A stretch of 24,000 nt of DNA from an uncultured Prevotella sp. (GCA_934281565.1 CAKQXI010000022.1:1145-25144); one strand, 5' to 3'; positions 7,928 to 16,903 are shown, counted from the stretch's first letter. The notes: generated by a model not told the origin, from the sequence alone. Numbers and translations: made by a program.

Positions 7928-10042
7928 TTACTTTGCCTTTCCCCTGAATGTTGATGTTGGCAAACCATCTTGGTTCACCAGATTGGCGCGAGTGAAAGGT
8001 TGCCAGCCATATCTTACATATATAGGAACTCTCACTTTGGGAGAGGTGAGGCGTACTTTGTTTCTTTCTATCGTGACAGTGGCAGGATAGAACAGTCCGT
8101 CTTCTTCTGCAATCTCGAAGCATGAGGGAGCTTTGCCATCTGAAGTACGAAGCCCATCGCCATAATTAAATGAAACAACCAGTGTGGCACCGTCTTTGGT
8201 CACATTTTCAAAGATAGGTCCTGAAGGCGTGACATGATGGGCGTATGTCTTGTTTAGTGCCCATCGTCCCAAGCGTTCACCAACAGGTTGCTTGTTGGTG
8301 GGATGCACATCAAGGGAGTCGCCGTAATCCGAAGATACAGCCATGCCTGTGTTGGGGATAGACTTCATCAGACGAAGTTGACTATCCCTGAACCATGTCC
8401 ATGACGGACGGTTTAAGCTGGACAACTGTACAAAGTAGAATGGCATCTGTGGGTTCTTCCAATTAGTCCTCCAACTGTCTACCAGCAAGTGGAATAACTT
8501 TTCATGAGCTTCCATATTATGGGCATTCGACTCACCTTGGTACCAGATGACACCTTTGATAGGATATTGCTGCAAAGGCATGATGCCACTCTCGTAAAGG
8601 TAACATGGTTCATAAGGATGTCTTCCCAGTCGAGTACTGTCATTGGTAAGGTTCTTGGCAGCCCGATTTCTTACCCAGTCTTGGATAAAGTCATTATATA
8701 GCCAATCTTTCAAGATGGCAGGAAACTGGGTTTCCAAGGTATTGCGGTCTATCCAAGACTCTGTTGGCGAACCACCGATGGCATTGCATATCAATCCTAC
8801 TGGTACTTTCAAGCTATCACGCAACATCTTGCCATAATAGTAAGCTACGGCAGAGAACTTAGCTGCCGTTTCTGGCGTAGTTGGCTTCCAGCTTGCATTC
8901 TCGAAGTATTGTAAGTGATTGAGAGAATCAAGGCAAGAAGTGCGCCATGCCACATCGTATGTTTCCCATCTTCCTTTCATGTCATAAAGGCGTAAGTCAG
9001 AATCATTTGCCAAAGGAATGTCTTTCTTGCCAGTCGAAGCCTGATGCAGCATGAATGCCATGTTTGATTGTCCAGAACACAACCAAACTTCGCCTACTGC
9101 TACATGACGGAATATCTTCTTTTGTCTATCTGTCTCGATGGTGAGCGTATAGTCATCGCCAACTTTCAGGGGTTGTAGAGTTACGCACCATTCACCACGG
9201 TTATTGGCAATAGCCATTGATTTTTGCTTTGCTATGCTTACAACCACTTTTGTTCCAGCATTGGCTGTACCATGGATGTCAAGTGGAACATTGCGTTGCA
9301 ATACCATATAATCGGTGTAGAGGTTAGAAAGTTTCAAGCCTCCGTAGTTGCCCGTAATACCACCATATACTGTCTTGGCGAGGATGCCTGCACCCTCTGC
9401 GTTGGGATGGATGGCATCTGGCAATAAGTTGGGATAAGGATAGAGAGACGCATGGAAGTCTATTAACTCCGCTCCACTTACTCGTGCTACCGTCTCAATG
9501 GCATTTTGTATCTCGTCATGCCAAAGTTTGGTACCAGAAATAAAACGAGGATGACGGTCGGCGATGGGAGTCATGCGAGCCAAGATGAAGCGTACTTTGG
9601 GATTGGCACTGCGTAGGGAATCCATCAAGGAAAGATAATCTTTAACAAACTCATCCCGGTAGTTGGGCCAGTTACGAGGGTCTGTGTCATTGATACCTAA
9701 ATGTATCACGGCGATGTCGCCCTTGAAAGCCATTGCTTCCTTGAACTCAGTTTGTTGTATATAAGGACGGTGACCATGGTTCAGCAATGTAGCACCGGGC
9801 TTTCCAAAGTTTCCTATCAGGTACTTGTTGCCAAGCATCTTCTGTAGTTGCACAGGATAAGAGAAGTGTTCTCTGTCTTTGATGCCTGTACCATACGTAA
9901 TGCTATTGCCGATACAAGCGACCTTGATTTGCTGTATTTGTTTCTTTTTGGCTGCCGATAACGTAAGGGAACCAAAAGAGAGCATTGACAGCAAGAATAC
10001 TGCCAATACTCTTTTTGAAAAAGTTAATTTACCATCCATCAT
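7928..10042 (-). CDS. nanS: Two-domain sialate O-acetylesterase (N-terminal SGNH/GDSL hydrolase plus C-terminal SASA/DUF303 domain), secreted
   Basis: SGNH blocks are present: ACIGNSITYG, HLGINDTD, DAIHPN. The second domain carries the SASA-type WLCSGQSNM. The track start at 10084 is a TTG that overlaps a -7 box. The first ATG is at 10040-10042 (MMDGKLTFSKRVLAVFLLSMLSFGSLTLSA, a signal peptide). The architecture resembles the Tannerella NanS and Bacteroides EstA type. Confidence 0.85.
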   Translation of the reverse strand: MMDGKLTFSKRVLAVFLLSMLSFGSLTLSAAKKKQIQQIKVACIGNSITYGTGIKDREHFSYPVQLQKMLGNKYLIGNFGKPGATLLNHGHRPYIQQTEFKEAMAFKGDIAVIHLGINDTDPRNWPNYRDEFVKDYLSLMDSLRSANPKVRFILARMTPIADRHPRFISGTKLWHDEIQNAIETVARVSGAELIDFHASLYPYPNLLPDAIHPNAEGAGILAKTVYGGITGNYGGLKLSNLYTDYMVLQRNVPLDIHGTANAGTKVVVSIAKQKSMAIANNRGEWCVTLQPLKVGDDYTLTIETDRQKKIFRHVAVGEVWLCSGQSNMAFMLHQASTGKKDIPLANDSDLRLYDMKGRWETYDVAWRTSCLDSLNHLQYFENASWKPTTPETAAKFSAVAYYYGKMLRDSLKVPVGLICNAIGGSPTESWIDRNTLETQFPAILKDWLYNDFIQDWVRNRAAKNLTNDSTRLGRHPYEPCYLYESGIMPLQQYPIKGVIWYQGESNAHNMEAHEKLFHLLVDSWRTNWKNPQMPFYFVQLSSLNRPSWTWFRDSQLRLMKSIPNTGMAVSSDYGDSLDVHPTNKQPVGERLGRWALNKTYAHHVTPSGPIFENVTKDGATLVVSFNYGDGLRTSDGKAPSCFEIAEEDGLFYPATVTIERNKVRLTSPKVRVPIYVRYGWQPFTRANLVNQDGLPTSTFRGKAK

Positions 10043-10081
10043 ATCATATCTTGTCTTAAGGTTTTGTTTACTAAACTTTCG

Positions 10082-10089
10082 CAAATGTA
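10082..10089 (-). promoter_or_regulatory. Internal -7 promoter box (TACATTTG on the minus strand) upstream of the esterase gene
   Basis: The plus-strand caaatgta is TACATTTG on the minus strand, matching TAnnTTTG. It lies about 40 nt upstream of the ATG at 10042. Confidence 0.4.
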
Positions 10090-10222
10090 GAAGTTAAAGA
10101 ATTTAAAGAAGTTAGAGAACTTAAAGCCAAATGTTTTATGGCTTAAAATGAGCAAATAGGCTGATAGTCTTTCACTTCTAACGTAAAAAAACTCCGATTA
10201 TTATGTACTTGGGCTTAGAAGT

Positions 10223-10260
10223 GAGAAGAAGAAGGAAAAAACCTTCTTCTTCTCTTTTTT
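10223..10260. terminator. Perfect 13-bp stem-loop between susD and the esterase gene (terminator/attenuator-like)
   Basis: gagaagaagaagg (10223-10235), an A6 loop, then ccttcttcttctc (10242-10254), followed by T6 on the plus strand (10255-10260). On the minus (operon) strand the same stem forms with a U6 loop but no downstream U-tract. Confidence 0.5.
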
Positions 10261-10326
10261 ATCTATGTCAAAACACTATTACTGCCTTTTCAGGCATGAA
10301 CAAAATAAATAACCTCTCATGGTTAA

Positions 10327-11883
10327 TCAATATCCTGGAGTTTGCTTCAATTCACCATTCAAGCCACGGGCATTCTCGTCTATCGGCCACAATAGCCTAT
10401 CTTTATTGGCTGTAGAATATTTCGTAACGTAGTTTGCGCCCATCAGGCGAAGGTCATGCCAACGTTTGCCCTCAAAGAGGAATTCACGGCATCTTTCTTT
10501 CAAGACAGCCTCAATGGCATCGGCATCACTTCCTACAAAAGAGTTGTTGTTATAGAAAGAAGCATCCTTGTCATTAGGATAAGCCACCTCGGTTTGGTGT
10601 GCATTGAAGTAAGTTTCGCCATAAGCACGTTTTCTTACCTCGTTGATTTCGGTAGCGGGGTCCTCACCCAACAGAACCTTTGCTTCTGCCAACCCTAACA
10701 GGCAATCGGCATAGCGATAGATTGGATAATCGTCAAGCCAACTACGAGTAGACTGTCCTGGGAGCAGCACACCTTGGTACTTATAGGCAATGTTGCCGAT
10801 GAAAGTAAGTTTGCCATCCTTATCTTTGGTATATATATCTTTCAGGCTACCAGCTTTGCGGGTATCCCCGTCACGATAGAGTTGTGACCACAGCTTGTCA
10901 TTGAGTGATACACGCATGACACCATTCATGTCTTTCATGGCAGACTGGTTCAATGCGGTGCCATCCGCCTCATAATAGCTGTTCATGAACTGCTGGTTCA
11001 TCACCAAGGTTAGGCGATAGGTATCTTGCCACATACTGTACTCATCTTTTCCATTGTAAATAGCGAAGATGATTTCCTTGTTGCTCTTGTTGTCATAAGC
11101 GAAGACTTGGGTAAAATTGTTCAGCAAAGCGACATCAGCTTTCTTCACATTTTCGTATGCGGTCTTTGCTATCTGATAGTCGGCGTTTCCACCGTTCATC
11201 TGGCGACCACTCCAGAGGTAAACCTCACCTTTTAACATTTCTGTAGCAGCCAAGGACCAATAGTTCCTGCCATTGGTGAACTTATAGTTGTCGCCATATG
11301 CTGTTTCCGAGGCAGTGATGTCTTTCTTGATTTGTGCCATTACCTCTGCTGCGGAAGAAGCAGCTTTACCCATATTGCCGATGTTGACCGTGCTACCTTT
11401 GGTATAGTCAAGCATCAAGACAACATCTCCATAGGTCCTAAGCAACTGGAAGTACATATAAGCACGTAAGCCGTATGCCGCACCGAGATAATTGTTCTTG
11501 GTGGTGGCATCCAAGAGTTTTGTGTTCTCTGCTTGTGTTATCAGCAAGTTGACTTGATTGATCAACGTATAGCAAGAGCCAAAGTTCGTGATAATAGGAT
11601 TGGATGCACTCAATAGGTTGTTCCATAGTTCCTGATAACCACTGGGAGATTCGCCACTGAAAGGAGAACCTGCATAGAGATTGGAACGCATTTCACCCCA
11701 CTCATGGAGGGTAAAGTTACGTTCACGGAAGAGTCCTTGGAGACCTGTGTTGAAAGCACTGAACTGGTCTGCTTCCTTCCAATAACCTGCATCGGTGATT
11801 TCGCTCTCAGGCTCCACATCAAGACAGCTCGTCACAGACAAAGCCATGCATCCTGCTGCGATATATGTTAAAAACTTTTTCAT
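10327..11883 (-). CDS. SusD/RagB-family outer-membrane glycan-binding lipoprotein (NanU-like by context)
   Basis: 518 aa. There is a lipoprotein signal (MKKFLTYIAAGCMALSVTSC). SusD-like features include the C-terminal FLFEGKRWHDLRL motif. It starts 12 nt downstream of the SusC-like gene. Confidence 0.85.
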   Translation of the reverse strand: MKKFLTYIAAGCMALSVTSCLDVEPESEITDAGYWKEADQFSAFNTGLQGLFRERNFTLHEWGEMRSNLYAGSPFSGESPSGYQELWNNLLSASNPIITNFGSCYTLINQVNLLITQAENTKLLDATTKNNYLGAAYGLRAYMYFQLLRTYGDVVLMLDYTKGSTVNIGNMGKAASSAAEVMAQIKKDITASETAYGDNYKFTNGRNYWSLAATEMLKGEVYLWSGRQMNGGNADYQIAKTAYENVKKADVALLNNFTQVFAYDNKSNKEIIFAIYNGKDEYSMWQDTYRLTLVMNQQFMNSYYEADGTALNQSAMKDMNGVMRVSLNDKLWSQLYRDGDTRKAGSLKDIYTKDKDGKLTFIGNIAYKYQGVLLPGQSTRSWLDDYPIYRYADCLLGLAEAKVLLGEDPATEINEVRKRAYGETYFNAHQTEVAYPNDKDASFYNNNSFVGSDADAIEAVLKERCREFLFEGKRWHDLRLMGANYVTKYSTANKDRLLWPIDENARGLNGELKQTPGY

Positions 11884-11895
11884 TGTTGTCTAATT

Positions 11896-14800
11896 TTAGA
11901 ATGTTACTGATAAACCAAAAAGTAAGGTGCGTGGCGTTGGGTAACGACCATTGTCGATACCTGCTCCATAAGTGCTGTATGCTGCAGGCTCTGGAGAAGC
12001 ACCGTCATAGCCTGTGATATAGAACAAGTTCTGACCTGTTACATAGACAGAGGCATTTTCCATTCCAATCTTGCTGATCCAGTTCTTTGGTAAGTTCCAG
12101 TTGAGGGTTATCTCACGTAGGGCAAGATAGTCTCCCTTTTCATAGAAACGTGAGCTGTTGCCATTTACTGCAGTGTAACCATTGTTCTCACGAGTGATGT
12201 TTTTCTTGTTCAACTGGTCTGCATAGGTGAAGACAGGAAGGTCAGCACTTGTATTAGTCTCTGACCATGTGTCTTTCACCTTGTCTATGATATTGAACTG
12301 TCCCTGGTATTGTCCTAATGAACGAGCCTTGAGGTCGTTATAGATGGTGTGACCGAGGGAATAATCGAAGCGAGCATAGAGAGATACATTCTTATAACCA
12401 AAGGTTGTCGTGAAACCACCAGTTACCTTTGGGAAAATGTTACCTACTACCACACGGTCGAGGCGACTGATATGTCCATCGCCATTCACGTCTTCCCAAC
12501 AAACATCACCGGGTTCGATTGGTTTCCAACCATCGGATTCCTTATAGGTCTTGCCTGTGTTAGGATTAATTTGGTTTGCCATGCCAGGACCATAGAGGTT
12601 GGCAATGTCGTCGATGCGATTATTGGCATTTGCCTTTACATCGTCCCAGTCCTTGAAGATATGTTGCTGGTTATAGCCAACCAAGTCACCTAACTTGCCA
12701 CCTTCGCGGTATCCACCAATCCACTTGACAGGAGTATTGCCATTGGCATCAACAGGTCCTGCGGCAACCTCATAACCACCAATCTGGTTGAAAGGCTTGT
12801 CACTGCTTGGCAATAGAAGAACCTTGTTGGAAACAGAAGTAAGGTTTGCCGTTACATCCCACTTGAAGTCCTTGTTATTGATGATGTTAGCTCTCATCTC
12901 AAACTCAAAACCGCTGTTGCGTAGCTTGCCAAGGTTCGTCTTCATGCTTGCGAAACCAGTATAACCAGGCAAACTCATGTCGGTGAGCAAGTTGCTGGTC
13001 GTACGGTTATAATAATCGAGGATGAAGCTCAGGCGATTCTTAAAGAAACTGATGTCAAGACCAGCTTCGAAAGATGTACTCTGTTCCCATTTGAGGGCTG
13101 TGTTGGTCAATGTTGAGTTATAATAACCAGTGGTACCGTTATAGGTCTTGGCACCAATCTGTTTATAAAGACCATAGATGTCGAAGTTACCGATGCCATT
13201 CACATTACCATTGACACCATAGCTCAAACGTGGCTTTAAGTTGCTGATGACATTGGATATCTTGGAATTCTTCCAGAAATCTTCCTCCATTACGTTCCAT
13301 CCTACAGATACACCTGGGAAGAAACCCCAACGGTTGTCTTTCAGCTTGGAGATACCATCATAACGATAGGTGAAGGAGAAAAGATATTTCTGCTTATAGT
13401 CGTAATTGATACGACCAAAGAGTGATTCAATGCGGTATCTGGTCTTTGAACTGGTTGTTGCAGTACGAGTGGCACCCACGTTCAAGGTTGGTATGGCATC
13501 AAATGGTGAGTTCTGTGTAGTTGCGCTCAACTCATAATAATGATAGTCAAAGTACTCACCGCCAATCATGGCATCTACGTTATGATTTTCAAAGAATGTA
13601 TCATGATAGTTCAGTGTTCCACTCAACTGGATCTGGGTGAAACGATTGATTTCTGCATTGGCTTCACGGGTTCTGTTCATTGTGGATGAAGTCTGTTCTT
13701 GGTAAGCCTTGTTGAATCTCTCGTTTTGATAGTCATAGTGATACAATGAAGAATTGGCACTGAACACAAGTTTCTTAGGGATGATGCTCAAGTCAAAGCC
13801 TAAGTTATAAGTCTGCTTGCGTGTACCATTGCTGCTTGTCAGTTTGTCACGGTAATAGTTAGGGTTACCATCACCCGTGTTCCAGCCTGCTGCTGGTGAG
13901 CCATCCTCTAACCAAGGATTCCAAGTAGGACGCTGCGAACGAGTACGGTAGAAGAACTCATAAGTACCAATCCACAAGGATGGCTGCTGAGACCAACTGT
14001 AAGTTGTGCCAGCTTTTACGTTCAGGAAAGGAAGTATCCAATAGGAACCATTGAAAGAGCCATTGAAACGCTTATAGCCTGTACCTTTTACAGAACCATC
14101 CTCGTTATAATAGCCAAGGCTGGCAGCGAAAGTACCTTTGTCGTTTCCACCGCTAAGGCTCAGATAGTGGTCTTGGGTAATGGAAACATCGCGGAAAGCA
14201 GCATCATCTATCTGCCCACTATAATCTTTGTATAGAAGTTTCTTGCCCTCGTAATATGGGTCGTCCATGACAAGCCAGCCCTGGTTTACAAGATCCTGGT
14301 TGCTGTCATCAAGATATTTTAAGTCAATCAACTTGTTGCCAACGCCATAACCAACTTGATTGTCTACTGCACTGGCTTTAGCATTGTTGTTTGTATAACG
14401 CTTATAACCCAAGCGATTGTAATAAATATAATCATGGGCGTTGCAGAAGTCATATCCATAGCGGGTGAAGTTCATACCTAACTTCGCTTTGTAATTGATG
14501 CTTGTCTTGCCAGTCTTGCCACTTTTGGTTTGTACCAAGATAACACCACCATTGGCACGAGCACCGTAGATGGCAGTGGAAGCAGCATCTTTCAGGACTT
14601 GAACCGACTCAATGTCAGAAGGGTTGATGTCACTGAGACTTTCACGTACGATACCGTCTACAACTATCAAAGCACTGTTGTTACCACCAGTGATGGATGC
14701 GCCACCACGCAAAGTAATCCTTGGACTTGTACCAGGCTGACCAGATTCACTGATGACACGAAGACCTGTTACCGTACCTTGCAAGGCATTGCCGACATTA

Positions 14801-15177
14801 CTAACTGCTGCATTCTCCAATACCTTGTTGTCCATCTTGGAGATGGCGGTAGTAAGTGTGGCACGTTTTTGTTGTCCACCATAACCAGTAACAACAACTT
14901 CGCCCAAACTCTGTGTATCTTCTTTCAGAGTCACCTTGAGCGGAGTGCCATTCCATTTTACTTCCACAGGGTTAAGTCCGATGTATGAGATAACCAGTAC
15001 ATCACCAACTTTTGCATCTTCGAATGAGAACTTACCGTCAAGGTCGCTGACGGTTCCCTTGGACGAACCTTTAACCATGATAGATGCACCGATGACAGGT
15101 TCTCCTTGGTCATCAGTAACAATTCCAGTGCAAGCCTTGCTGTTTTGTTGTGCTTTTTGCGCAGACATTGCAGCCAT
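11896..15177 (-). CDS. SusC/RagA-family TonB-dependent outer-membrane transporter (NanO-like by context); the ORF as it stands lacks a signal peptide
   Basis: 1093 aa. It has an N-terminal carboxypeptidase-regulatory-like domain (GIVTDDQGEPVIGASIMVKGSSKGTVSDLDGKFSF), a plug (VVVTGYGGQQKR, DAASTAIYGARANGGVILVQTK), a long beta-barrel and a C-terminal F. The first ATG in this frame gives MAAMSAQKAQQ with no hydrophobic leader (see 15178-15260). Confidence 0.9.
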   Translation of the reverse strand: MAAMSAQKAQQNSKACTGIVTDDQGEPVIGASIMVKGSSKGTVSDLDGKFSFEDAKVGDVLVISYIGLNPVEVKWNGTPLKVTLKEDTQSLGEVVVTGYGGQQKRATLTTAISKMDNKVLENAAVSNVGNALQGTVTGLRVISESGQPGTSPRITLRGGASITGGNNSALIVVDGIVRESLSDINPSDIESVQVLKDAASTAIYGARANGGVILVQTKSGKTGKTSINYKAKLGMNFTRYGYDFCNAHDYIYYNRLGYKRYTNNNAKASAVDNQVGYGVGNKLIDLKYLDDSNQDLVNQGWLVMDDPYYEGKKLLYKDYSGQIDDAAFRDVSITQDHYLSLSGGNDKGTFAASLGYYNEDGSVKGTGYKRFNGSFNGSYWILPFLNVKAGTTYSWSQQPSLWIGTYEFFYRTRSQRPTWNPWLEDGSPAAGWNTGDGNPNYYRDKLTSSNGTRKQTYNLGFDLSIIPKKLVFSANSSLYHYDYQNERFNKAYQEQTSSTMNRTREANAEINRFTQIQLSGTLNYHDTFFENHNVDAMIGGEYFDYHYYELSATTQNSPFDAIPTLNVGATRTATTSSKTRYRIESLFGRINYDYKQKYLFSFTYRYDGISKLKDNRWGFFPGVSVGWNVMEEDFWKNSKISNVISNLKPRLSYGVNGNVNGIGNFDIYGLYKQIGAKTYNGTTGYYNSTLTNTALKWEQSTSFEAGLDISFFKNRLSFILDYYNRTTSNLLTDMSLPGYTGFASMKTNLGKLRNSGFEFEMRANIINNKDFKWDVTANLTSVSNKVLLLPSSDKPFNQIGGYEVAAGPVDANGNTPVKWIGGYREGGKLGDLVGYNQQHIFKDWDDVKANANNRIDDIANLYGPGMANQINPNTGKTYKESDGWKPIEPGDVCWEDVNGDGHISRLDRVVVGNIFPKVTGGFTTTFGYKNVSLYARFDYSLGHTIYNDLKARSLGQYQGQFNIIDKVKDTWSETNTSADLPVFTYADQLNKKNITRENNGYTAVNGNSSRFYEKGDYLALREITLNWNLPKNWISKIGMENASVYVTGQNLFYITGYDGASPEPAAYSTYGAGIDNGRYPTPRTLLFGLSVTF

Positions 15178-15260
15178 AGAAAACTTGCATAGAGCGGAAC
15201 CATGCTACTTGCTCCTCCAAGTAGCAAAGCTAAGCTAATAGATTTTAAGCGTGTTGCCAT
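15178..15260 (-). other. Signal-peptide-like 5' coding segment of the SusC-like gene, in a different reading frame from the body
   Basis: The ATG at 15258-15260 opens MATRLKSISLALLLGGASSMVPLYASF, a typical n-region plus h-region. It lies 46 nt downstream of a -7 box. The body frame is open back to 15204, so a 1-nt shift between 15178 and 15204 (for example in the A4/T4 run at 15180-15183) would fuse leader and body. Confidence 0.65.
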
Positions 15261-15306
15261 AACTAATGAAATAGTTTTAAGTTAATAATTATGTCCTTCG
15301 ACGCGG

Positions 15307-15314
15307 CAAAGATA
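15307..15314 (-). promoter_or_regulatory. -7 promoter box (TATCTTTG on the minus strand) for the susC-led nan operon
   Basis: The plus-strand caaagata is TATCTTTG on the minus strand. It is positioned about 46 nt upstream of the ATG at 15260. Confidence 0.5.
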
Positions 15315-15644
15315 TGCTTTAGTATTGAATTTATATCATTTTATCATGTTAAATTTTATAAAATAGCTATATTTTTTAATTTTAATATACAAAAATGGAA
15401 TAATAATTATTTAAATATGAATTATTTTGGCTGATTAGATAATTTATTCTTTGATATAAGTTTATTTGAATTAATTATTAAAACTGTTTTATTAAATGAA
15501 TGTAGAATATTATTCGTAAATAATAAATATTAAAATGATAGTAAGTGCATTGAATATTTAATGATGGGATCTCAAAATATTTGGATTAATCTTTATTTTG
15601 GCTAAAAATATTAAATTTCAAAGGGTTTGTGTTTGTTTTTTATT

Positions 15645-15675
15645 TATATTTGCATAAAAATCTCTATATTTGCAT
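15645..15675 (+). promoter_or_regulatory. Tandem duplicated -7 boxes (2 x TATATTTGCAT, 20 bp apart) upstream of the ROK regulator gene
   Basis: The exact 11-mer tatatttgcat occurs at 15645-15655 and 15665-15675. Each contains TAnnTTTG. The second ends 25 nt before the ATG at 15698. Confidence 0.5.
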
Positions 15676-15697
15676 CATAAACATATTATCATCTATC

Positions 15698-16903
15698 ATG
15701 GTACAGCAATTCTTAAACAATATTATAAAAGATAAGAGCAAGTCCAATGCCAAGGCAGATGTGTTGGGGCAACTCGCCCAGCAGGGCGGACTTACCATCT
15801 CTGAACTTTGCCAATGCTTGGGATATAGCATACCTTTTATTACTAAATCGCTCAATGAATTGATAAATGCTGGTCTGGTACAGGAAACTGGAAAAAAGGA
15901 AACCTATGCCAAACGTGCGCCACGTGTCTATGACCTCATACCTGAGTCTGGTTACTTCCTTGGAATAGACCAAGGAAAGGACTGCCTGAGCTTAGGTGTC
16001 TGTGATTTTTGTGGGAATATGGTCCACAAGAAGAAAGTGCCTTTCTTTTATGACGATAGTGAGGAATGTTTTGAGGAACTTGTAAATATCATCACTCGAT
16101 ATATTGATGAGTGTGGTATAGAGAAGAGCCTCATCCTCAAGGCTTGCATGAGCATCGGAGGTCGTGTCAACCCTGTGGAAGGAAAGGCATATAGCTGTTT
16201 TACTTGTCAGAAAGAGCCTTTGGCAAATGTATTGTCTGAGAGAACAGGACTGTCTACTTGCATAGATAATGATTCAAGATGTATGACATATGGCGAGTTC
16301 CTCAAGGGCTGTTGCAAGGGCGTGAAGAATGCTATATTCGTTAATATCAGTTGGGGATTGGGAATAGGAATTATCTTTGATGGCAAGCTCTATTTCGGTA
16401 ATTCGGGATATTCTGGAGAGTTCGGACATATGCACATTTATAACAATGGTATTATATGCCATTGTGGCAAGACTGGCTGTTTGGAAACAGAGGTCTCTGG
16501 AATGGCATTGCAGCGAAAGATGACGGAATTGCTTCTTTCTGGTGAAACTTCCATCTTGTCGGACAAGGTTGTCAACAAGAAAGAACCTTTGACCTTGCAA
16601 GACATTCTGGATGCCATCGCCAAGGAAGATGTGCTTAGCATCGAAGCCTTGCAGAAAATGGCGAGCGAACTGGGTACTAACCTGGCTGGCATCATCAATA
16701 TCTTCAACCCAGAGATGCTGGTTATTGGTGGAGACTTGTCGGTTACGGGTGATTACTTGATACAACCTATCAATATGGGCATCAAGAAATTTTCCTTAAA
16801 TGTCGTAAATGAAGATTCTAAGATTGTCATATCTGAACTAAAAGACCAAGCTGGATTAATTGGGGCTTGCCTGATGGCTCGACACAAGCTATTGTCTGAA
16901 TAA
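15698..16903 (+). CDS. nanR: ROK-family transcriptional regulator with an N-terminal winged HTH (NanR-type sialic-acid repressor)
   Basis: A wHTH is present (LTISELCQCLGYSIPFITKSLNELINAGLVQETG). The ROK zinc motif GHMHIYNNGIICHCGKTGCLE is present. The position of the kinase phosphate-1 motif reads LGIDQGKD instead of DxGGT, which favours a regulator over a kinase. The start is set at the first ATG. The track's GTG start at 15629 lies in A/T-rich DNA that contains the promoter boxes. Confidence 0.8.
   Translation: MVQQFLNNIIKDKSKSNAKADVLGQLAQQGGLTISELCQCLGYSIPFITKSLNELINAGLVQETGKKETYAKRAPRVYDLIPESGYFLGIDQGKDCLSLGVCDFCGNMVHKKKVPFFYDDSEECFEELVNIITRYIDECGIEKSLILKACMSIGGRVNPVEGKAYSCFTCQKEPLANVLSERTGLSTCIDNDSRCMTYGEFLKGCCKGVKNAIFVNISWGLGIGIIFDGKLYFGNSGYSGEFGHMHIYNNGIICHCGKTGCLETEVSGMALQRKMTELLLSGETSILSDKVVNKKEPLTLQDILDAIAKEDVLSIEALQKMASELGTNLAGIINIFNPEMLVIGGDLSVTGDYLIQPINMGIKKFSLNVVNEDSKIVISELKDQAGLIGACLMARHKLLSE

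Noticed and set aside
10043-10084. A TTG-initiated extension of the esterase ORF
   Set aside because: The TTG sits inside the predicted -7 box (10082-10089) and would lie upstream of the likely transcription start. The first ATG at 10042 gives a normal signal peptide.
10203-10415. A 70-aa plus-strand ORF in the susD-esterase gap (MYLGLEVRRRRKKPSSS...)
   Set aside because: Its low-complexity Arg/Lys/Ser stretch is simply the translation of the GA/CT hairpin. It runs antisense into the susD 3' end and has no promoter box.
15165-15175. An 11-nt identity (ggctgcaatgt) between the 5' regions of the two oppositely oriented SusC genes (15165-15175 and 23030-23040), as a possible crossover site for a SusC shufflon like the one described in B. 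fragilis
   Set aside because: I modelled an inversion at this site. One product would be a leader lacking a hydrophobic core fused to SusC no.1, and the other would hit an immediate stop. The match is short and encodes the same Ala-Ala-Met in both genes, so coincidence or shared coding constraint is more likely.
15422-15603. The direct repeat ttattttggct, occurring twice in the A/T-rich control region about 171 bp apart
   Set aside because: An 11-mer dominated by A/T is expected to recur by chance in about 440 bp of such biased composition. There is no supporting dyad symmetry.
15629-15697. A GTG-initiated extension of the ROK regulator ORF (MFVFYLYLHKNLYICIINILSSI)
   Set aside because: It translates A/T-rich promoter DNA that contains both TATATTTGCAT boxes. 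The first ATG at 15698 starts the wHTH domain at a normal distance.
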